The translations under genes were made by a program, and so were the position numbers. A stretch of 36,099 bases of DNA from an uncultured Muribaculaceae bacterium. GTDB taxonomy: Bacteria; Bacillota_I; Bacilli_A; RF39; UBA660. The stretch is taken from assembly GCA_964418205.1 (NCBI GenBank), contig CAYQKO010000001.1, positions 1 through 36,099 of the forward strand, given 5' to 3'. Every line of letters starts with the position of its first letter. The first letter of the stretch is position 1. Under the pieces are notes generated by a model. The model ran no database searches and had not been told where the DNA came from. It was given only the letters and a program-made list of their open reading frames with translations. Positions 16,213 through 23,731 of the stretch are shown piece by piece.

Positions 16213-19200
16213 CCTTATCAACTCCTACCAACTTAACCAAACTAGAAGTCCCATTCTTAACATTCCAAGCATATTGATTACTTATTTTTTCACGATGATT
16301 CTTAGAAATATCAGAAATCTTAATAACACCTTGATCGACAACATTAGAACCTATCCACAAACCATTCACATTATTTACAGAAGATGTGTACCAAGCCTCA
16401 AACACATATTTCTTTAAAGAATAAACCTGATCAACATATACAAAGGAAACATTTGACATGCTAGAAACTTTATCTAATAATTTTTTAAATTTCAATTTAT
16501 CCACTGAATTCATAAACTTATCAACATTAATGATGAAAACCACTAATTCAAACTGTGTATTTAAAATACTATGATCAATAAAATTATCAAGACTATCTAA
16601 AAACCCATTTCCATTCGTAGCACAATAACCCTCAACATTTAAATTTTTTCCTTTAAATATCTGGCCTAAATCAATAACAACCGTGGAAATATTTTTCATT
16701 TTCTTGAACAATTGAAATAAAGAAGAAACAAATGGAATAATAGATTCAATATTTTGTGCGGAAAGAATACTTGCCTTAGCGGCCTTAAAATTAAACGTCG
16801 CAACACTCAAATTATTTTTATTAAGCCCAATTGGAACATGTTCCAAATCCATAGGAATTTCATCAATAAAATCAAAAGAAACTACTTCAGGCAAAACAGG
16901 AATCCTCTTTGGCTTATAAGTATTATGATTCAATAAATCACGAGACACCTCATTCACATAAGAAATAAGTTTGTCACTATCACAAACCGTGGCACATTGA
17001 AATTCATAAGCAATTTCCTTTTTAAATAAGCCACGTCCCTCAAAACTTGCCGGAAAAACATTACCAATCTTTCCTAAAAGTCCAACATAATCATCCTTAT
17101 TATTCATATCCATAACAAAAACATGATCAAAATTTCTAGTAAACCTACCAAACAAGCCACTAGAACTAGTAACCGTTAATATCATAATAATTCCATAACG
17201 TTTCCCATCACGAGAAATTTTTATAAAAATGTCATCCATATTAGAATAAGACTCTCTAAAAACATCTAAATTATTTAAAACAAAACATAATATAGGTATT
17301 TGTTCCCCAGTAGATTTACAATACGTACTATATTCCCCATTATAATCTGCAAACATTTTTTTTCTTAAACTAATCTCATTGAGCAAAAATGAAATCATTT
17401 TGGTTATTTTCTCATCATCCCCTTGAAAAGCTATATCAGCAACATGAGGAAGATGTCCAAACGCTCTTAACGATTCTGAGCCAAAATCAATAATATAAAA
17501 ATTTATTTGAGAAGTTGTATTAAGAATAGAAGCAGAGAAAATTAAAGATTTTAAGAACATTTCTTTTCCAACACCAGAAAGGCCATAAACAATTGTATTG
17601 CCAGTTTCATCTAAAGTTAATTTTAAAACACCCTGATATTGATTCGATGGATCATCATACTCACCAATAATAGCCTCAAAAGGTGCATGATCTTCATCTA
17701 CATGATATTTTTTGATGACTTTATCAAGATAAATAACTCCAGGAATATTATCAAACCACAATTGCTTAGATTTCAAATTTTCTTTTCTAGCTAAAGTACA
17801 TATATATTGCAAAACATTAGTTAACTGATCACCCTTACTCTCCAAAATTTTCTTTCCAAGCTCATTAGGAACATTTTTATAAGAATTCAAAAGTCGATCT
17901 ACAAAATCAATAGAACGATCATTTTGCTCTTCAACAATATCTTGAGGAATATAACTTGCACCAGCCCAACCAGATTGACCCAAAACGTAAACTTCATCCA
18001 TTCCAACTTGTAAATAGAATCGACCAGCATTTTTAATTAGTGCAGCATCTGGTTTTTTTAACATCTCACTACTATCAGATGTATTTTGTACCTTCAAACA
18101 AACACGAAATTTACTATTACTCCAAATTTGATCATTCACAACTCCACTAGGTTTTTGTGTAGCCAAAATCAAATGAACCCCTAAACTTCGTCCGATTCTA
18201 GCAGTACTAATTAAATTATCCATAAAATCTGGTTGTTGATTCTTAAGCTCAGCAAATTCATCACAAATAATAAACAAATGAGGCATTGCTTCTGTTAATC
18301 TACCTTCATGAAAAAACCTTTGATACTTATAAATATCCATAGTGCTCTCTCCAAGAATTTCTCGAGCTTCATTAAATCGAACTTGTCTTCTTTTCAATTC
18401 ACTATCTATACTAATTAAAGTACGATTTAACTCATTCTTATCAAGATTTGTAATCGTCCCAGCCAAATGAGGTAAATAAATGTTATTTTTAGCATTGGCA
18501 AAAGCACCAGCCAAACCTCCGCCTTTATAGTCAATTAAAATAAAAGAAACATCATTAGGGCTATAATTTAAAGCTAAAGATAATATATAAGTAATAATAA
18601 ATTCAGACTTACCAGAACCAGTGGTACCAGCAATCAGTCCATGTGGACCGTGTTTCTTTTCGTGCAAATCCAAATAAATAGGTTGTCCTAAATCATTTAC
18701 ACCAACTAACGAACGCAAGCTCTTGGTAGAATCATTTAATCTCCAACGATTCAACAAATTAAATTGTTCCACTTTTCCAATACGATACATTTCCAAAAAA
18801 TTAATCGATTCTGGTAAATTACGGCGATCAAATTCCATTTCAATAGGAATATTTGCCAAAACTCTAGCACAATTTATCATAGGATAATTTGTGTTACTAT
18901 CCAAAACAAAGTAAGTTTGATCTTGCCTATCGGGACCTATAGCTAAAATAGCAGAAGAATCACCACTAATATTAATAAAATCATTACATTCACTAGGCAA
19001 TCTCCTTAACCTAGCATCCCTGACAACCAAACTAAATCCCAAAGAAAGAGAACTATTTAAAATATTACTAATAATATCTAACTTACGAATACTAGGATAA
19101 TCATCCGTAAAAATAAGATAATAAGGTTTAAAAGTTTCAACACTTTTTGACTCATCACTATCAGATTCTTCTTTAGAAACCAATTCTTTTTCCTTATTCG

Positions 19201-20779
19201 CTCTCGAAACAAACTCTTGCATTAAATAATCATTAATCTCCATTGATTCTTCTTCATTTGTCGCAAAAAACCGAATCTGTTTATCATCACTAAATACATG
19301 AGGCAAATACTTAAAATAGTTCCAATTTTCTTCGTTTGATTGGTTTGTAAACACTACAAACTTTAATTCATCAAATCCATGATAAGCTATCAATTGTAAA
19401 ACAATATTATTTAAAACTGAATACAAAGAACTTTCTTGCCCAGTGATTGAAGTAACATTTTTATTATAGAAAGAGTAAGAAACAGGCATGTCTTTCATAA
19501 TCTTAGATCTCTTCAATAACTTGGTAGCTTCATTTTTGAGTTCATCTTCCACTAAAACAAAGTCATCTTCATTAAAAGAAACATCCACATCCAAAGGAAC
19601 ATCTCCAATTCCTAACCGAACAGTTAAAAAATCCTGTTGAGATATTTTTCTTTCCCACAATATTCTTTGCTTTTGCATGATGATATTGTAACACTCTTGC
19701 AAAGACAACAAGTTCTCCTTTAAAATTTGTTGTTGATTCACTATCTCTTGTTCAAAAGCCTTAGACTTATTAGCTAGATAGTCCGTATACTTTTCAACTC
19801 TTTCTTTATTCTTCTTAATTTTCTGCTTTCTTTGCCAACTTTTTGTCAAATTAGGCCACAGTAAAGTACCCATTAACATTAAAACTGACGTTAACAAAGT
19901 AGTCCAAGAACTAGATAAAGTCGTTTCTCCATTAGATAAACGAATAATTACATTAACAAGAGAAACAGAAGAGGAAATACCAGTTGTCAACATAGGTGCT
20001 AATAGCAAAATAAAAGGAACTTCTTCGAGTTTATTCTCTGCAGGAGGCGGAGTGATAGTAATAGAAAAAGTTTCAATAAACCTTCTAAGCCTCGGTGTTT
20101 TAATATGATAATCCTCATCACTATACAAATCCACTTCCTTTATCTCCTTGTAATTAGAAGAAGTCAAATTAAATTTAAGAGGAAGCAAATTATTCAAGTG
20201 GAGAGATACACTATCCATAGGATTATTAAGAAACAAATAATTTTGAAATAAAAGAACACGAATCCCGTACCAAAAAATTTCATCCCCATTTTTAACTAAG
20301 ATTTTAGAAGAACTATCACGATGAAAATTAATATAAACATACTCATCTCTATCTTTCAATAAATAAAAATTATTATCTATCCACTGCAATTTAATTTTGT
20401 TATCACAAATAAAAGGATTACGAATTGTAGCCACACATTGTTCGTCTTTTCCCATAGTAAACTCCAATAAATTAACACAACGATAAGCATGAAAAGTAAA
20501 ATCGAAATCATCTAAAACAAAAATATTCTTAGTTGCTTGATTAACTGGGGACTTTAAACAAATCATCATATCAACACACAATTCGCAAGAAGGAGTATAA
20601 GAAGATTTTTCAAAAATTTGATAAGAATTCACACCAAAAAGGTACCATTTTCCTTCATGAGCTTCAATCACAGCAACTTTTTCTTTTTCATCGTCTGCGT
20701 GCAACCAAAAAACCCCATCCACTTTTTTAGGAAGAGAAACTATATCAATTTGTTTTTCATTCAATATCAATGCCCTCAT
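16202..20779 (-). CDS. essC: Type VII secretion FtsK/SpoIIIE-family ATPase EssC/YukB
   Basis: The 1525-aa protein has two FHA-like N-terminal repeats and two TM helices (FILLLAPMLTTGISSSVSLV, LLTSVLMLMGTLLWPNL). Three P-loop modules follow. D1 is canonical, with GTTGSGKS (18605..18628), Walker B LFIICDEFAELK and the GRSLGVHLILATQKP motif. D2 and D3 are degenerate. The start ATG at 20779 has a poor RBS, and an in-frame TTG at 20764 is possible. Confidence 0.92.
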   Translation of the reverse strand: MRALILNEKQIDIVSLPKKVDGVFWLHADDEKEKVAVIEAHEGKWYLFGVNSYQIFEKSSYTPSCELCVDMMICLKSPVNQATKNIFVLDDFDFTFHAYRCVNLLEFTMGKDEQCVATIRNPFICDNKIKLQWIDNNFYLLKDRDEYVYINFHRDSSSKILVKNGDEIFWYGIRVLLFQNYLFLNNPMDSVSLHLNNLLPLKFNLTSSNYKEIKEVDLYSDEDYHIKTPRLRRFIETFSITITPPPAENKLEEVPFILLLAPMLTTGISSSVSLVNVIIRLSNGETTLSSSWTTLLTSVLMLMGTLLWPNLTKSWQRKQKIKKNKERVEKYTDYLANKSKAFEQEIVNQQQILKENLLSLQECYNIIMQKQRILWERKISQQDFLTVRLGIGDVPLDVDVSFNEDDFVLVEDELKNEATKLLKRSKIMKDMPVSYSFYNKNVTSITGQESSLYSVLNNIVLQLIAYHGFDELKFVVFTNQSNEENWNYFKYLPHVFSDDKQIRFFATNEEESMEINDYLMQEFVSRANKEKELVSKEESDSDESKSVETFKPYYLIFTDDYPSIRKLDIISNILNSSLSLGFSLVVRDARLRRLPSECNDFINISGDSSAILAIGPDRQDQTYFVLDSNTNYPMINCARVLANIPIEMEFDRRNLPESINFLEMYRIGKVEQFNLLNRWRLNDSTKSLRSLVGVNDLGQPIYLDLHEKKHGPHGLIAGTTGSGKSEFIITYILSLALNYSPNDVSFILIDYKGGGLAGAFANAKNNIYLPHLAGTITNLDKNELNRTLISIDSELKRRQVRFNEAREILGESTMDIYKYQRFFHEGRLTEAMPHLFIICDEFAELKNQQPDFMDNLISTARIGRSLGVHLILATQKPSGVVNDQIWSNSKFRVCLKVQNTSDSSEMLKKPDAALIKNAGRFYLQVGMDEVYVLGQSGWAGASYIPQDIVEEQNDRSIDFVDRLLNSYKNVPNELGKKILESKGDQLTNVLQYICTLARKENLKSKQLWFDNIPGVIYLDKVIKKYHVDEDHAPFEAIIGEYDDPSNQYQGVLKLTLDETGNTIVYGLSGVGKEMFLKSLIFSASILNTTSQINFYIIDFGSESLRAFGHLPHVADIAFQGDDEKITKMISFLLNEISLRKKMFADYNGEYSTYCKSTGEQIPILCFVLNNLDVFRESYSNMDDIFIKISRDGKRYGIIMILTVTSSSGLFGRFTRNFDHVFVMDMNNKDDYVGLLGKIGNVFPASFEGRGLFKKEIAYEFQCATVCDSDKLISYVNEVSRDLLNHNTYKPKRIPVLPEVVSFDFIDEIPMDLEHVPIGLNKNNLSVATFNFKAAKASILSAQNIESIIPFVSSLFQLFKKMKNISTVVIDLGQIFKGKNLNVEGYCATNGNGFLDSLDNFIDHSILNTQFELVVFIINVDKFMNSVDKLKFKKLLDKVSSMSNVSFVYVDQVYSLKKYVFEAWYTSSVNNVNGLWIGSNVVDQGVIKISDISKNHREKISNQYAWNVKNGTSSLVKLVGVDKDEE

Positions 20780-21085
20780 AAAAAACCAGTCGAGTAGACA
20801 GCCTCGATTCCCCTTTCTATTTATTCTAAGTAAAAAGCTTGTCTATCTGCCCTTCACATAAATTTATAAGTCTTTTCAAGTAATCTAGAATTTACTTAAC
20901 ATACTCTATCTAAAAAGATTATACCATAAACTCAGTGGAGGAAAAAACATTTTTCATAGTGAAAAAAAGAAAAAAAAGAGAAGAAAGAAATTCAAAATGT
21001 AAAAATGTGTAAAATAATAAGTTTTTTTCAAAAAAAACAGAAATATTTTATTATAATGTAGAGGAATAGGGAGGAAAAGTATGTT
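20780..21085. promoter_or_regulatory. Divergent control region between essC and the plus-strand helical-protein operon
   Basis: This 306-nt non-coding gap carries a minus-strand extended -10 TGgTATAAT (20926..20918) and a plus-strand TATAAT at 21052..21057 with no good -35. It also has an A/G-rich tract at about 20960..20995 and a direct repeat AAAATGT x2 at about 20995..21012. None of these sites is validated. Confidence 0.35.
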
Positions 21086-21409
21086 ATGAACAAAACAGTA
21101 GGAATTATAGTAGATGATTTTACTTCAATCACAAATGAATTAAAGAGTAAAAAAGACGAAATTGATTCATCACTAAATGAATTGCGGAAAAAATTTTATA
21201 GCATCAAAGAATTAATCAATGATAATTCCATTCAATTCTTAATTACTTCTTTAGAAAAAGACATAAACTGCATAGAAGATATGAAAAGTAATAGCCAAGA
21301 AGAAATTGATGCACTAAACAAAGTAAAACAACAATATGCTATCTATTCCAAAAGTCTAGTTCAAGCTTACAATAACTTTAATTCAAATAGAGAGGAAGGA
21401 ATAAAATGA
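21086..21409 (+). CDS. 107-aa all-helical protein (WXG100/Lap-sized helical hairpin, no W-x-G motif)
   Basis: It has a GGGAGGA RBS and an ATGA stop/start overlap with the next gene. The sequence has heptad character on both sides of a central NDNS turn. It contains no Trp and no TM segment. Confidence 0.6.
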   Translation: MNKTVGIIVDDFTSITNELKSKKDEIDSSLNELRKKFYSIKELINDNSIQFLITSLEKDINCIEDMKSNSQEEIDALNKVKQQYAIYSKSLVQAYNNFNSNREEGIK

Positions 21410-22158
21410 ATAGTCAAAGTGGATGGATTGGTTTTAATGATGAAAAGGTTCAAGCTTTAATAAACCAAATAGGAAAAAATTATGAAGAGCTAGCTGATAC
21501 AATCATCGACGCATGGAAACCAATGGTTAATACCCTAGACCTGTATTGGATTGGGCCTAACCAGAAAAATTTTCTAAAAACACTAGCCAAAATGGTAAGT
21601 ACAAATTATAAAAATCTTGAAACTGTGGTAAGAGGTCTAGAAGAACAGATAATGGCAGATTATGAAAGCTACGTGGATTATGTAAACGAACAAAAATTTA
21701 GCATAAACGATGTTGAAATAGATAACAAATCACAAATCTCAGTTGAGGTAGAAATTCAAACAATAAATTCAGTTAACCTAGAAACCATGCTAACAGTGTC
21801 AGAAGAGTATAGTGGGGATAAGATAGGCTTAAATGTCAATGAAAAAGATAAAATAACAGCTGCTATACAGACATACTATGATGCCATTACTGACAAGTTA
21901 AATGAATTATTTAGTAATGTAACAGCAGAAGGTGCTTTCTTTGGAAATTCTGTGCCTGAAAGTATGAACGAATACATAATAAGTGGTAAGAATTACATGA
22001 ATTCAGTTCTTACATATATAGAAAGCATTATTAATGTTATTGATAGTTGTCAAGAAGGAAGTACTACATTCGAAGAAACAATTAAAGGAATAATTGATAA
22101 TGCAACAGAAGAAATCAAGGGTATGACTACAACTTCATCCAATGCATCTATATCATAA
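21406..22158 (+). CDS. 250-aa protein with an N-terminal WXG100-like domain and a second WXG-like hairpin (candidate fused tandem Esx protein)
   Basis: Residues 10-95 form a helix, then LDLYWIGPNQKNF (W-I-G at 21547..21555), then a second helix, as in EsxA. Residues 148-235 repeat the pattern around AEGAFFGNSVPESM (F-F-G at 21937..21945). It has a GAGGAAGGA RBS and no TM segment. Confidence 0.6.
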   Translation: MNSQSGWIGFNDEKVQALINQIGKNYEELADTIIDAWKPMVNTLDLYWIGPNQKNFLKTLAKMVSTNYKNLETVVRGLEEQIMADYESYVDYVNEQKFSINDVEIDNKSQISVEVEIQTINSVNLETMLTVSEEYSGDKIGLNVNEKDKITAAIQTYYDAITDKLNELFSNVTAEGAFFGNSVPESMNEYIISGKNYMNSVLTYIESIINVIDSCQEGSTTFEETIKGIIDNATEEIKGMTTTSSNASIS

Positions 22159-22210
22159 AAACAAAAAATAATTTTTTGTTTTTAAGAAAACACTTATAGA
22201 AGCGTTTTCT
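22157..22210 (+). terminator. Two tandem hairpins between the 250-aa and 91-aa genes (possible attenuator or weak terminator)
   Basis: The first is a 12-bp, almost pure A-U hairpin, AAAAACAAAAAA-taa-TTTTTTGTTTTT (22157..22183). The second is AGAAAACAC-n8-GCGTTTTCT (22185..22210, one mismatch). Neither is a classical GC-rich terminator. Confidence 0.3.
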
Positions 22211-22236
22211 TAAAAGGAAAAAAGGAGAATCAAAAA

Positions 22237-22512
22237 ATGGCAAGAATATCTTATTTAGAAAAACTATATGATCTCTTAGACGATATGTATGTAGTAAAAA
22301 GAAAATCATATAATTGTAATCCAACGATAAACCAGACAATAGCCTTAATGAATGAAGCATTAGTAATCAATAACAAAACTTGTTATATAGAACTAATAGA
22401 AGATGTAAATACAAAAAATAATACAAACATTAACTTATTAGAAACAAGAATAATACCAAGAATCGATAGAGAAATAGAAGAATTAGAAGAAGACGAAGAT
22501 GATGACGACTAA
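22237..22512 (+). CDS. 91-aa hypothetical protein with a poly-acidic C-terminal tail
   Basis: It has an AAGGAGA RBS. The C-terminus reads EIEELEEDEDDDD. It has no TM segment and belongs to no family I recognise. Confidence 0.55.
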   Translation: MARISYLEKLYDLLDDMYVVKRKSYNCNPTINQTIALMNEALVINNKTCYIELIEDVNTKNNTNINLLETRIIPRIDREIEELEEDEDDDD

Positions 22513-22526
22513 AGAAGGGGAAAAAT

Positions 22527-23708
22527 ATGAAATTTGATATTAACATAGGAACATTAAAGAACAGGTTAAACGATTTTCAATCTATAAAAGAAGAATTAGA
22601 AGAAAAATATTCCATATATTATTCAAGTGCAAAAAAAATTGAATATTGTTGGAACGACAATCTAACAAAAAGTTACATCGAATTACTAATAAAAAATGAA
22701 GCAAAAGTCAATAATTACCTACAATCCATTACAGATTATATAGAAAAAATTAAATCATTCATTTCCTTAATTGAAAAAACAATAGAATTAAACGAAGTAG
22801 AAGTTTCCTACAACATAGAAAATCAACCAAGATTCCAATTTAATGAAAACAAAATGAAAGAAGTACTAAATAAATTAACATCGCTGAAAAGCGAACTTTC
22901 AATTTGCAAAACGAAAACAAATACAAGAATAAGTGAAGCATCACATAATATTGAAAAAACAAACAATAACTATCAAAAAATGATAGAAAATATAGACAAA
23001 ATAAGTTCAAAATACACAAAAACAATCAATTTAATCTTAACAGAAACGGCCATTTTAAAAGAAAAGATAAATGAAATACCACCAAACATAATAACTCAAA
23101 ATAATTTAAAATACCAAGCAAATGAAAATGTTAATTTTAATGTAAAAGATTTTCCAATATTGACACCAGAAATATTTAATACAAACATAAATGAGAAAGA
23201 ATTAGCAAAAATAGCAATAGAAGAAATAGAGAAACAAAACTTCAATCTTGACAATCAACAAAAAGAAATAGAGAAAAATACCATAGATAACATAAAATCA
23301 AAAGATTTGAATGCCTATAAAACAAACACCAAAGAGGAAGAAGAAAAGGAAGAGGAAGAAAGAAAAAGAGTTGAATTTTCAAATAAGAAACCTGAATCAT
23401 TTAGTAATCCTACAAGTGACACGGAACCTCCTATCCAACAAAACACTATTTCAAATGAAGAAAGTGATATCATCTTCCCTCAATCAGAAAAAGAACTAAC
23501 CCCAATAGAGGAAACAAATATGAAATATGAAAATCAAAATAACGAAATCAATAAGAACCAAAACATACAAACAATAAGCCAAAAAGGCTTAGAAGATATA
23601 AAAATAAACTATACGGCTCCGAAAGATGTTGAAAATAAGAATATATCAATAGAAGAAGTGTCTCAAAATGATTTTAGAATTGAAATGAATACAGAGAAAA
23701 AGACCTAA
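22527..23708 (+). CDS. 393-aa protein with an LXG/WXG-like helical N-domain and a low-complexity N/E/K-rich C-terminal half
   Basis: It has an AGGGGA RBS. The N-terminal 190 or so aa are helical with a W-N-D turn (YCWNDNLTKSY, 22650..22658) where WXG proteins carry W-x-G. The C-terminal half is compositionally biased (EEEEKEEEERKR, NQNNEINKNQN) with no recognisable enzymatic motif. Confidence 0.6.
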   Translation: MKFDINIGTLKNRLNDFQSIKEELEEKYSIYYSSAKKIEYCWNDNLTKSYIELLIKNEAKVNNYLQSITDYIEKIKSFISLIEKTIELNEVEVSYNIENQPRFQFNENKMKEVLNKLTSLKSELSICKTKTNTRISEASHNIEKTNNNYQKMIENIDKISSKYTKTINLILTETAILKEKINEIPPNIITQNNLKYQANENVNFNVKDFPILTPEIFNTNINEKELAKIAIEEIEKQNFNLDNQQKEIEKNTIDNIKSKDLNAYKTNTKEEEEKEEEERKRVEFSNKKPESFSNPTSDTEPPIQQNTISNEESDIIFPQSEKELTPIEETNMKYENQNNEINKNQNIQTISQKGLEDIKINYTAPKDVENKNISIEEVSQNDFRIEMNTEKKT

Positions 23709-23722
23709 TTGAAGGTCTTTTT
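23697..23722. terminator. Bidirectional rho-independent terminator shared by the plus-strand operon and metG
   Basis: AAAAAGACC-taattgaa-GGTCTTTTT has a U-run on either strand. It lies between the convergent 393-aa gene and metG. Confidence 0.6.
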
Positions 23723-23731
23723 AATTCTCCC

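Noticed and set aside
21081-21089. A mini-ORF, ATG-TTA-TGA, overlapping the start of the 107-aa gene (ATGTTATGA).
   Set aside because: A two-codon ORF created by adjacent ATGs downstream of one RBS is most simply coincidental. The second ATG (21086) opens the long ORF at acceptable RBS spacing.
10405-23708. The T7SS region as a discrete mobile genomic island.
   Set aside because: There is no integrase, recombinase, transposase, tRNA target or flanking direct or inverted repeats. I could see no compositional contrast with the flanks. Insertion is inferred only from broken synteny, so no mobile_element feature is called.
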